A stretch of DNA of 64,000 nt from Eledone cirrhosa. Lineage: Eukaryota. The notes beneath the pieces are model-generated. The model was not told the origin of the DNA and searched no databases. It saw only the letters and a list, made by a program, of their open reading frames with translations. The first letter of the stretch is position 1. Every line of letters starts with the position of its first letter. The DNA is taken from NCBI GenBank assembly GCA_964016885.1, contig OZ024755.1:42222001-42286000 (forward strand). Reading direction: 5' to 3'. Positions 1-13,777 of this stretch are shown here, piece by piece. The position numbers and the translations under genes were made by a program.

Positions 1-771
1 ATCATTTTATTTCTGACAATCGTTTCTTCCAAACTTTCGTTTGGAATCGTCGGAGCATTAGCAATGTTTGTACATATAATTAACCTCCTATTCAACTGAA
101 CAATCATGTAGATACATGAATATTAATGTTGTCAACAACAGTTTCGTATTTACAGAATGGAATGGATGCGACATATATTACAAGAGAATTGTACAATAAT
201 TAAAATAAAAAACCATAGAGTGGAATACATGCGACAGATATCGCAAAGGGAAAGGTATAATAATTAAAGAGGCATTAAGGAGAACAGTTACTCGTAAAAC
301 CAGGACACCAGCAGTACATATGAAACCGTGTGGAGAGTGTAAATGCGATAGCCATATATAGGAAGGAGACAATCAATGGTATTAGGCATATATAATTACT
401 GTATGGCAAAGGTATCACATAAAAGATAACATAGGTTTACAAGCATATCAAGCAGAGGTATTGGTGTATTAATATTACGAGTGTATGGTGGATGTAATGC
501 GATGATTGTTTCTGTTATGTTCAAATGTGTTGAGAGTATCACTGTTATTGCTATCATTTCCATTACATTGGTTAAGTTCTATTTTAGTGAATGTTTTTAG
601 TCAGTTACAGTTATGGATTGTATATTGGTCCTATTATATATTTATCCTTGGTTTGAGTTGTTCTATAGCGATTCTTTTAACGGTTTTCCTTAGATAGACT
701 ATCCAAGGAAAACTTGAACCGTTAAGGTATATTCTCCTTGGTTATGTCAAAATTTATATAACACACTTCGT

Positions 772-830
772 ATTTTATCTGATAATAGCGTACCAAAATT
801 TTGGTTCCCTTGAAATACATATAATAGAAT
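772..830 (+). ncRNA. Degenerate type-I hammerhead ribozyme (family A; core CTGATAA, G8>A)
   Basis: ATTTTAT-CTGATAA...GAAA-TACATA-TA-ATAGAAT. Followed by the same downstream flank as the intact family A copies at 18247 and 53651. Confidence 0.55.
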
Positions 831-997
831 AAATGTGGTTATATAAATATAGCTTCCATTTATTTAATATCATTGTATGTTATACTCCAGAAAACTTGTC
901 GAGTGCTCTGAATCAGTTATAAACATTTATATTTGTTGAATTACCAAATTGAATATCCCTTCTGCTTATATATATTCACCAGGCTAAAAATTCTAAT

Positions 998-1136
998 TTA
1001 GTCCAGAAATAGCCGTCGAAACGGCTTGAGCTCTGCAGTCGGGGTCATACTTTTTTCTATTTCCCACTCTACTACCCTAAGTAATAAGTACTCTGGTGCG
1101 TTATGGTCCATCTGGTTCCTTACCAGTATTCCTTTG

Positions 1137-1140
<4 letters not shown>
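998..1140. repeat. Short dispersed repeat, second copy at 33971-34168
   Basis: TAGTCCAGAAATAGCCGTCGAAACGGCTTGAGCTC...; the inverted homolog at ~33971-34112 yields the same spurious peptide. Confidence 0.75.
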
Positions 1141-1200
<60 letters not shown>

Positions 1201-1203
<3 letters not shown>

Positions 1204-2492
1204 ACGAATATTTCATGTTATAGATTTTATCATTCAATATTCAAATTGAATATTGTTAAAATAAAATAAACATTGTAATAACGCAATCCTGGTATTATTC
1301 TTTGCATTGAAACCATCATACCAACAATTCCATCTATTTATTTATCCGTTACAACTGGATTATCCGCTACAACTGGTGACCCCGTGAAACAGACACACAA
1401 CCTTCTGATTATTCACTACAAACGAGGTCTCTAGCACACGACGATAAATCTACGGCAGAAATGGCAGTCCGGGTGGTGTTTACATTAAGGATACCACCAT
1501 TCTGGGTGCACGATCCAACACTGCGGTTCGCGCACATCGAAGCGCAGTTCGCATCGAACCGGATCGTTAGCGAGGCATCTCATCTAACACATGTCATTGG
1601 TTCGATGTCTCCGGAGATTATGAATGAGGTTCGAGACCTCATTTTAGCAACATCCGGCTCTGTGTCATATGACACATTTAAAACGACGTTAATTGCCTTG
1701 TGCCTAAAGTAGAAACAGTTAATTAAGCTGGATGTCGGAGTCGCAGCAGAAGCGCTTACACCAGCTCCTCATATCGGAGGAATTAGGAGATAAAAAGCCG
1801 ACGCAACTCCTACGGCGAATGAAGCAGCTCCTGGGAGAACATACACTCCCGGATGAAATTTTCAAGCAACTCTTCCTCCAGCGTTTGCCTTCTGCCGCAC
1901 AAGTTGTCTTAGCGTCCACCACCATTGAAGAACTTGCGAGCTTACAGATAAGATCATGGATGTACCCATCCGCACTCGACTTTAGCGAATGTGACGCCAG
2001 CCGTGCCTTCCACCAATCCTTTCCTTCAGCCCTCCAGTGCCACAGAGATGCCCGATCTACACCAGTTACTGGAACAGCAAGCAACACAGATACAGGCCTT
2101 GATGTAATAAATTCAGGCCTTGTCACTGGGTAACCCTGCCACGCGTCGGTCTAACATTCGAACTCGCCGATTTGGTTGTTGCTCAAGAAGTCCGAGCGCA
2201 TCCCGTGATTCACCAGAAGTGTGTTGGTACCACCAAAAATTCGGAAGACGGGCGCGCAAGTGCAGCCATCCCTGTTCATTTGTGTCGATGTCGAATCAGG
2301 GAAACGACACAGCCAGAAAACTGAATGCGACGGACTTTTCTGGCCCTCATAATCAAAGTCACATGTTTTTCATTCGGGATCGCGTCACAGGCACACGTTT
2401 CCTGGTCGACACCGGTGCTGAAGTCAGCATCATCCCGGTTTCCTGCGTTCCTGGAAAAAGGAAAGAAACACCAGCATGGCTCCATGTGGTAA
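1201..2492 (+). mobile_element. Degenerate Ty3/Gypsy LTR retrotransposon 5' part (probable LTR, PBS, gag, protease start), truncated at a PLE
   Basis: TG...TACA then TGGTGACCCCG PBS-like site at ~1374. Broken ORFs 1461-1712 (PPFW..DP...EAQF), 1732-2133 and 2120-2551, the last with the CWYHQKFG..ARKC..PC knuckle and the FLVDTGAEVS aspartic protease motif. Confidence 0.85.
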
Positions 2493-4480
2493 ATCATTCC
2501 TGTTCTCAAGATATGGAGTCCTTTGTAGAATGGTGTTCCACGATAACTTGAAATCTATTTTTTTCTTTTTATAATTATTTACCGCTTCAGCTAAAGATGT
2601 GGTGTTAGCTAGTTTAGTATTGTTGAAACTACTAGAGTGTGCGTAAAATCTTTTCTTAAATGTGTTTGATGTAGATCCTATATATGTTTTGTTGGAGTCT
2701 GAAGTAGACACAGTGCATTTATATATTACATTATTAATCAAACAGTTTCCATTTAAGGGGCAAATGCTTCTATTTCTGCAATTACAGCCATACGTAAGAT
2801 GGTTATTGGAGGTGCCTATACTATTCTCATTAATCCTTGAACTATTTCTATTGTAATTAATGATAGCAGGAGAATGAAGGTCGCTTTGTGGGTGGTTTGG
2901 TGCTATGGTTGTATTGTGATTTTGTGTTCTGTTGTTTTTGTGTTGGTGATTTGGGTGGTTGTGTTTTCTAGGTTGAAGGATTGTATTATTTGCCTTTTTA
3001 AAAGGTGCAGTATTATTTAAATTATGTTGCGGTGGTGTAGTCATATTATTCTTAAGTTTATAAATGTTGTAGTTGCTTATTTTTTGTTTGAGATTGCTTG
3101 ATGAATTTAACAGTATATTTGTTAAATATTTGGTGGTATCTGTGGTTTGGTGGAAAATATTTATGTAGAATTTCAAAGAATTTTTGGGGGATTTGTCCAA
3201 TAGTTTGCAGGTTGAAGGGTGCGTTGTACCATGTTATGTTTCTTTTGCGGTTTTTAGTTAAGTTCTTATTATCACTTATATTATTGTGTTGTGTTCTAGA
3301 AGAATTCCTATGGTTAGTGTCTTTATTTGTGGAATTTGGTAAATTATCGTGGTTGTATTTGGTGTTATTTTGGGGGGAGATTATGAGATTTTGAGTGCTT
3401 GGTATTCATATGTGGGTTGATAACATTGGTCATAGATCGTGTAGTAATAGTTGTTGTGGTTTTTCGGTTGTTTGGTGTAATAGGAATAACCACTTTAGGT
3501 ATTTGTTTCAATGGTATTTTTTGGTGTTTGTAGTTTTTGTTAGGTTTTATGATTTGGTCCATAGTAGTGTTGTGGATATATGAGATATTTTCTTTATATC
3601 CACTTCTAATTAAGGCCTCGTTGTAGAAGGGTGCATTATTATAAAATATATCTTCATTGGAAGATAATTTAGAAAGTCTAAGAGATATGTTATATACTAA
3701 GTTCTTGAGTATAGAGCCAGGGTGGTTAGATTGTGAATGTACATAATGTAAATTCTGGTTAGGTTTGTGGTAAGGTTGATAAGTATTTGTAGAGAGGTCT
3801 AAGGTAACGTCAAGGAAATTAGCTGCTTTTGAAGTGTTTTGAAAGGTGATGCTAAGGCTGTAATAGTCCTTGAGGAATTTTCTAATTTGTTTTTTGTTCT
3901 TCTCTATATTGGAATTGCTAAGATTGTTAGATAACAATAGACAATCATCCCGATAAAGACCACCTTTGAGGTGGGGAAAAGAGTCATGAATGTTATAGAG
4001 GAGAAATAGTCCAACTAGGTCTGTAACTTGAGCAGAATCCATGGATCCCATCGTAATATCGAATAAGTTGTTATATGTGTTTCTTGTCCAGTATTCTTCT
4101 TGGAAGTTTAGTAAGGTTTTTCTAGCGTGAGTTATGATGTTGATTTCCTCAGTAGATAAATCCGATCTATTTCTGGCAAAGATCAGTGCTTTGTTTAAAA
4201 GAATTGGAGAAATCGAAGAATAGTAAGAATCGATGTCGAATTGAATGAATGAAGCTGAGTTTTTATTCCCAATGCTAGTAAACCATTCAATAACTTGGGA
4301 AGTGTTATCCCATAGTGGATGTGTTAGAAATTTTCTAATTTGCGGAATGATACGATCAATAATCTTTTTGCTGATATTACCGATATCAGATTTTGATGGG
4401 CATATCAGTTTAATAGATGGGTTCAGTCTAATAATAGATGGGCAACCGAAGGAAGACAGGCTGTCTTCCTTCGGTTGCAA
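2493..4480 (-). mobile_element. Penelope-like element (Naiad-like), frameshifted, truncated at both ends
   Basis: ORF 3365-4480: RT with QFDI..YY, MGS.DSAQV.DLVG, GLYRDD, NFLDVTLDL. ORF 2430-3200: CNC..CPL.G.CL plus GIY-YIG (VIY...YIG.T...FK.R...H). Confidence 0.92.
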
Positions 4481-4534
4481 CGTTTTTCGAAATATTAACT
4501 TCTGCGTTCACAGATTGTTTTTTAGTTTCAGAAG

Positions 4535-4690
4535 ATCCCGTTAAGGGTGAAAGCAGCGATTCTTTGCTTAAACTTTAATCTGTTATTTTAATAAATATTT
4601 GCTCTACTGTTCTTATATATTTGATGTATATTTATCCTTATCGAGCCCTCTTGGGATTTATTATACAAATTTATTATTATTACTATACTT
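4535..4690 (+). repeat. Short dispersed repeat; sibling with inverted 5' arm at 13251-13482
   Basis: TTCAGAAGATCCCGTTAAGGGTGAAAGC...GAGCCCTCTT is shared with 13321-13480 and ends in (TA)n. Confidence 0.8.
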
Positions 4691-4704
4691 ATATATATAT
4701 ATAT

Positions 4705-4792
<88 letters not shown>

Positions 4793-4837
4793 TTATATAT
4801 ATATAGAAGTGGTTACACAACAGTTAGTTCACCATAC

Positions 4838-4875
4838 CGAGAACAATTGTTTCACCTTAGCGGATCCTCAGCTCG
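4838..4875 (-). ncRNA. Type-I minimal hammerhead ribozyme (family B)
   Basis: Minus strand: CGAG-CTGAGGA-TCCGCTAAGGT-GAAAC-AATT-GTT^CTCG. Stem I CGAG/CTCG; palindromic stem III. Lies in the left arm of the ~200-bp inverted repeat 4804-5004. Confidence 0.8.
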
Positions 4876-4932
4876 TAATGGACATGGTTATACTGAACAG
4901 TATAACCATGTTCAGTATAACCATGTCCATTA

Positions 4933-4970
4933 CGAGCTGAGGATCCGCTAATGTGAAACAATTATTCTCG
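4933..4970 (+). ncRNA. Hammerhead family B, inverted partner copy (stem II/III mutated)
   Basis: CGAG-CTGAGGA-TCCGCTAATGT-GAAAC-AATT-ATT-CTCG. Confidence 0.6.
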
Positions 4971-5065
4971 GTATGGTGAACTAACTGTTGTGTAACCACT
5001 TCTACCTAACTCGTCCCATGGACTGAGTGCTCTACCACTACGGATATTACCTTCCAGTGTTCTAC

Positions 5066-5140
<75 letters not shown>

Positions 5141-5152
5141 ATTATATATATA

Positions 5153-5225
<73 letters not shown>

Positions 5226-5237
5226 ATTATATATATA

Positions 5238-5282
<45 letters not shown>

Positions 5283-5296
5283 ATACATATATATAT

Positions 5297-5330
<34 letters not shown>

Positions 5331-5342
5331 ATTATATATATA

Positions 5343-5393
<51 letters not shown>

Positions 5394-5400
5394 ATACATA

Positions 5401-5470
<70 letters not shown>

Positions 5471-5472
<2 letters not shown>

Positions 5473-6277
5473 CTCTCTTCTCACATGGCCAGAGTTCGTG
5501 TCAGGTCTGTTTTCTAAAAGCGCTCTTATATTCACCTAGCTTATGCTAAACAGAATAATTTTGAAGCTTGTTTCTTTCCCCTACGGTTAGCTATACTCTG
5601 TGTTGTTCTCCTGTCTCACTCGCTTTACGCGTTTCAATTGTCCTAATAACTTATTTTGGTTATTATTGCACCGACGTGAGGTATATGATTTTTAATGCAA
5701 TGAAATATCGATGATCGTCGGCAAATCACTGATGAGGGACTCATTTTATTACATGTTATCCATGTGCTACCTGCAGTATTTTTCTCTATATTTTATTACA
5801 TATATTTACCCTGCGATTCTGTGTTTTTTTTCTCTCTCTCTCTTACTGCTCCCCCAGTCTCTCTGTTTCCCCCCCTCTGTCATGTCAGTTAACTCTTCCT
5901 CACACTTTCACTCACTCACTGTTTCTCTTCTCTTCATTTCATCCTGTACACCACGAAGGCTATTTTTCTCTCTTCTCACATGGCCAGAGTTCGTGTCAGG
6001 TCTGTTTTCTAAAAGCGCTCTTATATTCACCTAGCTTATGCTAAACAGAATAATTTTGAAGCTTGTTTCTTTCCCCTACGGTTAGCTATACTCTGTGTTG
6101 TACTCCTGTCTCACTCGCTTTACGCGTTTCAATTGTCCTAATAACTTATTTTGGTTATTATTGCACCGACGTGAGGTATATGATTTTTAATGCAATGAAA
6201 TATCGATGATCGTCGGCAAATCACTGATGAGGGACTCATTTTATTACATGTTATCCATGTGCTACCTGCAGTATTTT

Positions 6278-6285
<8 letters not shown>
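5471..6285. repeat. 495-bp tandem repeat, ~1.6 copies, flanked by (TA)n
   Basis: TGGCCAGAG at 5486 and 5981; near-identical copies; non-coding. Confidence 0.9.
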
Positions 6286-6339
<54 letters not shown>

Positions 6340-6349
6340 TTATATATGT

Positions 6350-8700
6350 AGATAAATCTTCCAAAATAAACGATGGTGTCCAATCCGTATGAAGAATTCA
6401 ATGTAATCCAAATATAGAAGATATCATGAAAAGAGAAGATCTATTCAAAAATTAACGATAAAAATCATAGGAAAACAGAGTCAAGATAAATTAATAAAAA
6501 CAATGAAATAAAAACAAAGAACAGGTTCCTTATATTGAAAAATTCATCATTTTACGATCGTTTCTAGGATATATATGTGTGTTGGTATGTATATCATGTT
6601 AAAGATCTATGTAAAAATATTACAAATTATCAGAGGAGATATACATACCTTCACCTATACATGCCATCTTCAGAAATGATGAAGTATGTTTATTGAAAGA
6701 AACAAAGTATTAATATAAAAGGTCTGTTTGGGAACAGGTTTTGAATTGACCAATAGAAAAGGGTTAGAGGTCAAGTTGATAGAATAACAGTAGTAGAACT
6801 TGATGCTAGGAGTGGAGGAATGTAAATTTATGCTTTGAATTAAAAGAAAACAATGGGGAAGAGAAAGATAGGGGTTAAAATGAGGTCAAATCAAGATGTG
6901 AAGGAGTCCCGAAAAATTTGATGTTATTAAAAATGCCGTTAAAAGCGAAGGGAAATAAATTTGTGGGATGAGAGTGTTAATGAGAAATACTAATTCTATT
7001 TAAATTTCAAGGAACCTAGATATATAAAAGGAAATTAAATTAATTGATAGGTATACTTACAGAGTTAAAATTATATTAATTCTTATGAATGTGATAAATA
7101 AAGAAGTAAAAAAATAATATTAAAGATATTAATTATATTTAATAATCCTAGGTATTAAATGTGATAAATAGGGGATGCGGTTAAAGAAGTGGTGAGGTTA
7201 AAGATAACTTTAGGTAAAGTGAGCTGTAAGAGGGAAATAAAATTATGAAATTCTCTGTAGTAAGTTTCGAATTATAGGTTAACTAATCATAATGATTTGT
7301 AAAATATAAGAGTGAGGTATATACTAATTAAGTTTATAATATTTGAAGGTTTTTCTAATTCTATGATTGCATGATATAAATAACTCCTGACGCTTATTTA
7401 ATAGGATATCATTAGATTTCATGATTTCAAATAGTTCTTGGGAGCATAACCTACACTCATATCTGCCATTTTGATAAGGGGTGGCCCTATTGAGCACGTT
7501 CCAGGTCAGGTTGTAATCAATATCCCTCTTTCTATAATTATTAATTGCTTCAACCAAGGATGTTGTATTAGCTAACGCGGCATTTTTAAAATTATGTTTG
7601 TGGGTATTAAATCTTACTTTAAATTGGTTAGATGTAGCTCCTATATAGGATTGAATGGAGTCCTTAGTACTAATTACACATTTATAGACTATGTAATTAA
7701 TAAGACAATTTCCCTTTAATGGACAATTTCTTTTGATTCTACAGTAACAACCATTCGTAAATATTGTATCAGGAGAGTTAATTGTGTTATCTATAGTGGT
7801 ATTAGTGTTACTATTTTCATTAACGTATGGTTTAGAATGGGTTGTAATTAGATTAGTATGGTTAGACAGGTTGTTGGTGGGTGATAGTTTAGGGGATGTG
7901 GAGCTAGTAGAGTTCTGTTTGTTTTGGAGATTATTAGTCAAAATTGGTGTGGACCTATTATAGGTGAAGAAGAAGGTGGTTTGTTTTGGTTTATTTTAGT
8001 ATTATTATGATTGGTTTGATGTGTTGGTGGTATATTTATGGGGGTTTTTTAACACTTATATTCTGTTGTATATTCTTGGTAGTGGAGTAGGAAAATTTGA
8101 CAGTAGATCTATTTAAAATTTGATGGTATTTATGATTTTGTGGGAAGTTTATCTCTACGATAGCATAGAATTTTTTAGGGATATGGTCTTTAATCTGTAG
8201 ATTAAATGGAGCATTATATCAAGTAACTCGTCTATTACGGTTTCGACATTGTTTCTTATATTTATATGATTATCGGGAGGTTTACTGAGAGAGTTACTAT
8301 TAGTGATTCTATTATATATAGGTTTAGTTAGATTAATTGATTTAGGAGTTTTGGTCTGATTACTAGGAATTTTGTTAGTTATGTTGTTGATATATATTAG
8401 AGTATTAGGTTGAATGGTTTTTTGAAAGTCATTATCTTTTATGTGAGAAGCGGTAGAGAAATTAAGTTTGGGGTTGGTGTTTTTTTTAGGTGTAGTTTGA
8501 GTGGCATTTAGGTGTGGGTTTTTCATTTGGTGTTTGTTGGTCATATTAGGTTGTATGTTTGAAATATTATTGGTGCAAGGTATATAGACTAATTTGTTCT
8601 TGTGGCCGCTTCTAGCTAAAGCTTCATTATAAAAGGGCGCGTTTTTATCGAATACATCATGATTTTATGAAAGGTTAAAGATTCTGAGTGAGATATTATA
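6350..8700 (-). mobile_element. 5'-truncated Penelope-like element (Naiad-like): thumb remnant, Asn-rich linker, GIY-YIG, long 3' UTR
   Basis: ORF 7324-7941 with CYC..CPL.G.CL, VY..YIG.T..FK.R..H, C.LC..E, LN.R.E...C.H. An APFYNEALARSG thumb remnant is near 8600-8640. Confidence 0.85.
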
Positions 8701-9479
8701 TAAAAAGTATTGTATATTGATTAATTTTGATATAATATATAAGTATAATTAGCTTAAGCATAATCAAATACAAGAGATATTCAATGGTTTATGGTAATTG
8801 ATTGGTTACCTCAATTGACCTAATATTTGAATTTCTATCTATCGCCCCATATTTACTTTCCAATCACATTCCCTTTCTTTTGTCGTTATTTCTTCTTTCT
8901 TCTTTTTCCTTTTTTTTATATATTTCTTCCTCTATTCTTCCATTTATTTATTTTTATTCATTTAAATATTTATATATGTATTTATTTTTTTTTCTTGCCT
9001 TTCCTCCTCTTTACACCCTCTCTTATATCTCTAATTCGCTCCACGTCCTTTTCTTCTTTAAGTTTATCATATTATTATTTGTGGTATATAAATATTGAGA
9101 TTTGATGAAATAAATCATTGCCAATAAAGGAATTGAACTATCAAGACCGTAGCAGTATGTCATATATCAAATCATATATTTTATCTGACGAGGACGTACT
9201 GAAAAAACAACACAGACTTTCGAAATATAGAGAAAAACCACAGACCCTCCATCTCAACTCTACTTCAGAAAAGCAGAACTGCGAAACAGGCAAAGGAATC
9301 GAATAAATATATATATATTTTTTTAAATAAGTCTCCAGTTGCATTTTCGATTTCATCTTTTTTTCTTTATACTTTCACTCGTGTAGGCACCTCGGTTATT
9401 TTTCATTTTGTAAAAAAACCTCACTTTCTAATATATATATATATATATACTCATATATATATATATATATATATATATA

Positions 9480-12400
9480 CTCTTTTACTCTTTTACCTGT
9501 TTCAGCCATCCGGCTGAGGCCATGCTGGGGCACCGCCCTTGTTGCTACACATTTTATCTCCAGCCTGTATAGGTTGGCCACTGGTGTAGGAGGGAGTTTG
9601 TTGCTGCTGTCCTTAGGTTTCCCTCGTGTCTTGCTGTGGGCTCATCCGGGATCCTGGATAACAAGGTGTCGAGATGTTTCTTAAAGACATCCACCTCCAC
9701 GTCATGCAAGTCTCGCAGATGCCTCGGCAGCCTGTTGAAGAGTTGAGGGCCCTTGAATCCCAGGCTATTGCAATACCTGCTCCTTATTCTAGATGTGGAA
9801 GACGGGACCTTTGGCACCACACAGTGACGTCCTGTTCGACGGTTGGTCTAGCTCCCAATGCCAAAGTTTGGTGCTAGTCCCTCCAGGATTTTCCACATGT
9901 AGATCACTGCGTATCTCTCCCGTCTTCGCTCCAAGGAGTAGAGGTTCAGTTCCTTCAGCCTCTCCCAGTAGCTTGTCTCCCTCATCTTGGCAATCCTCTT
10001 GGTGTAGCTTCGCTGGATTGCCTCAAGCTCTGTGGTTAGTTTGACACTATGGGGTGACCACAGCTGGGAGCAGTAGTCCAGGCGGCTTAGGACAAAAGTC
10101 CTCCACAGTGTCAACATGGTGTCTCGATCTCTTGTAAGGAAAGTCCTCAAGATCCAGCCAGCGAATCGTCTACATGCTGTCGCCACCTTCATGATGTGTG
10201 AAGAAAAAGATGCATCATCGCTCATGTCTATGCCCAGGTCTCGTATCGATTTTGACACGGGGATATCGGTCCCTCCTGGTCCTGTGTAGCTGTGTTCCGC
10301 TATATTTGTGTTTGTGTTTGCAGGTTTGTATTGTAGGGCTTGGAATTTGCCAGCATTAAACTGCATGTTGTTTTCTTCCGCCCATCTGTATATGGCATCC
10401 AGATCCTGCTGTAAGAGGGCAGCGTCAGCCGGGTTTTTGATTGCCTGTGCTACCTTAGTGTCATCAGCATAGCTAGTGAGGGATGTTGTTGCATGCACCA
10501 CAGAGGGCATGTCCGAGAGAGCCACCAAAAACAGTAGTGGTCCCAGGACTGTCCCCTGAGGCACCCCACTTGTTATCGGTGTTTCCCTCGAGAGGGCCCC
10601 ATTTGCTGCGACTGCCTGGCTTCTGTCCCTTAGGAAGCCATGCAGCCACTCACCTACTTTTCCAGTTATGCCGAGACCGTGTAGTTTGTGACATATCATT
10701 CCGTGGTCGACCTTGTCAAAGGCCTTCGCAAAGTCAAGATATATCACGTCTACATGTGAGCTGTCTAGTAGTTGTCTCAGCACCCAGTCGTAGTGATGTA
10801 GCAGCTGTGTAAGGCAGCTTCTTCCTGGGCGGAAGCCATGTTGCGTGCTAGTCAGGCGGTCATTTTCTTCGAGGAAAGTGATTAGTTTCTTTCTGACGAC
10901 TCGCTCCATGACCTTACTGATATGCGACGTCAGGGAGACTGGCCTATAGTTCTTGGCCTCCGCTCTACTACCTCCTTTATGGATTTTATGGATAGGGCAT
11001 ATTGTGCCTTCTTTCAGCTCCCTGGGTAGTACACCGCTAGCCAAGGAGCTTCTGAAGAGCATCTTCAGTGGAGTTGCTAAGGCCCGCTTACATATTTTTA
11101 GGAGAACTGCTGGGAATCCATCAGGTCCAGCAGCCGAGTCTGTTCTAATTTCATCAATGGCGTACACCACATCCTCCTCCGTTATGTCTATGTGGTTGAT
11201 GGTTGCCATTTCTTGATGTAGTGTTGTGGCATCAAAGAACTCCTCTGGCTTCGTTATTTGCATGTGCCTCAGTGGACATGTGAAGACACTTTTGTACTGT
11301 TCGTTCAGTATTTCACATATCTCTTGGGGATTTTCGGTTAATGAACCGTCCGTGTGGAAGAGTGGTCCAATCTTGCAGTGTACTGAGGCAGTTTCTTTTG
11401 CAAATTTAAAGAAGGCCTTAGGGTTTGTTTTAATGTTTTCTATGGCCCTGTTCTCTTTCCTTGCCCTCTCATTCTCATGTGAAAGCTTGAGTGCAATCTC
11501 GGTGTCAAGTAGTGCACGTTTCAAATAGGATTTCCTCTTGTTTTGGTTTTGTTGACTATTCAACTGGTTTGAGAGTTTAGTTCTACGTCTCATAAGGATT
11601 TTCCTATCTCTGGGAATAAGATTTTTGTGTCTGTTTGCCTCTTTCTCCGGGACACACTTTTTGCATATGGTGTGTATCGTTGTCATGAAGTGTTGAAATT
11701 GTGTGTTAGTGTCTTGTGTGGCGATGTTTGCACTCCATGTTTGCTTCCGGATTTCACTCTTAATCTTCTTCCAGTCAGCCCCGTAGAAGTTAAGGCTGGA
11801 TAGCGTCCCGGAGCTTCTTGGTGGTTTTGTCTCTGTTGGTTCTCTTGGACCACATATCATTAGCTCTACCAAGTTATGATCCGAGAGAATTGTTGGTGTC
11901 ACCTTTACATTGTGGATGAGCACTTCGTTGTTTGTAAAACAGAGGTCCAGGACATTTTCGCCTCTTGTTGGGAGGAGTATTGCTTGCTCCATGAACAGCC
12001 TGTGTGTGAGGGCCAGCAGGGATTCCGTCTGTCTCTGTTCTATTGACGTCATTCCAGGGAGGAGGTGGCCCTCAGGCCATTTGACCTTTGGTAGGTTGAA
12101 GTCTCCCAGCAGTAGGATGTTGAGACCCTGGTCCAGTTTGTCAAGGACTTCTTCTATCCTACTTAGGCTATCCTCAAATTTACCCTCAATACTGGGGTCA
12201 TCGGGCGGCCGATATGTGACACATATTACCGTCTGTAGTTGCTTCATATGTATTATCAGTGTGTCACAGACTGAGTTTGAATGTGTCAACAGTACAATGG
12301 GTGTGACATCTTCACGGATATACAGAGCAACCCCCCCATGAGTTCTCTCCTTCCTGTCCGAACGAAATACAGTATATTTCGGTATATGTATTTCTGCATC

Positions 12401-12933
12401 TGCTATACTGCTTGTCAGGTGCGTTTCGGTTAGTGCCATGCATAGTGCTTGATTGCTTATGGCTAAGTCTCCCAGGTAGGAAATTTTACTCATGTTGCTG
12501 AGTTTCACCAGGCCCCTGACATTCAGCAGCAGCACTGATGTGACTTTTGGGGTGCCAGTAATGGCTGTCGGTATGACACCTGGTCTGGTGTCAGCGGCGG
12601 CCACTCTGGGTCCCTTAACTGCGGTGGTCTCGAGTGCTGGTGTGGATGACCCTGGCTCTGGAGACGATGCAGCCAGGTCAGCTGTCCCACAATCTTCTCT
12701 GCCATCGCTAAAAAATTTTTTTATGATCTGCTGCTGCCATCTGTATCTCGTCGGCATGTGCGTGCCTTCTCCTTGTTGGTGCAGCACGCGCGACATCAGC
12801 ATACTTCTGGAGCGGCTTATTTCGGCTTAGGCTGGGGCATGTTGCGCGAGTATGATGGGCATAGTTCGTTTGAGACCTAGGGTGGGCGAATCTGCATCCC
12901 ATCCCTGTCTCTCCATGCCAGCATGTCCCGTTC

Positions 12934-12936
<3 letters not shown>
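9480..12936 (-). mobile_element. CR1-group non-LTR retrotransposon inserted in (TA)n
   Basis: APE-RT ORF plus a 3' end with stem-loop CAGCC-GGAT-GGCTG and a (GTAAAAGA)2 tail. The 5' end has a C-x-H-G...CRFAHP zinc-finger-like ORF1 remnant. Confidence 0.9.
9554..12802 (-). pseudogene. LINE ORF2 (AP endonuclease + reverse transcriptase) with one premature TAG at 9848-9850
   Basis: NVRGL, LTETHL, YRPP, GDFN, SDH (APE); YLDFAKAFD, GVPQG..LGP, YADD (RT). ORF 9554-9820 continues in the same frame with the CR1-type C-terminus (GPQLFN.LP...FKKHLD). Confidence 0.92.
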
Positions 12937-13009
<73 letters not shown>

Positions 13010-13046
13010 GTAAGTATGTATATATATATATATATATACATACTTA

Positions 13047-13114
<68 letters not shown>

Positions 13115-13250
13115 CTCATATATATATATACATATACATATATATATATATATATATATACTCATATATATATTTATAATCATATATATATATGTATATA
13201 TGCATGCTTACTTATATATATATATAAATATATATATATATTAATTAAAA

Positions 13251-13482
13251 TAACAAATTAAAGTTTAAGCAAAACATCGGTGCTTTCACCCTTAACGGGA
13301 TCTTCTGAAACATTCTGAGTTTCAGAAGATCCCGTTAAGGGTGAAAGCACCGATTCTTTGCTTAAACTTTAATCTGTTATTTTAATAGATATTTTCTCTA
13401 CGGTTCTTATATATTTGATATGTATTTATCCTTATCGAGCCCTCTTTGGATTTTAGTCTTCAAATTTATTATTATTACTACT
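13251..13482. repeat. Dispersed repeat with snap-back inversion (sibling of 4535-4690)
   Basis: 13251-13310 is the reverse complement of ~13320-13385. Confidence 0.8.
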
Positions 13483-13602
13483 TATATATACTCATATATA
13501 TATATACTTATATATATATATATATATATATATACTTATATATATATATATATACTTATATATATACTTATATATATATATATATATTTATTTATACATA
13601 CT

Positions 13603-13760
<158 letters not shown>

Positions 13761-13777
13761 TATATATATATAATATA

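Noticed and set aside
4538-4562. Hammerhead-like CAGAAGA..GAAAGC (also at 13323)
   Set aside because: U4 is altered, there is no UH site and no stem I pairing; at best a dead relic.
9180-9232. CTGACGA...CGAAATATA hammerhead candidate
   Set aside because: Core motifs are present but stems I and II pair poorly; probably decayed, so not called.
10483-12830. Plus-strand ORFs over the LINE
   Set aside because: Antisense shadows of ORF2.
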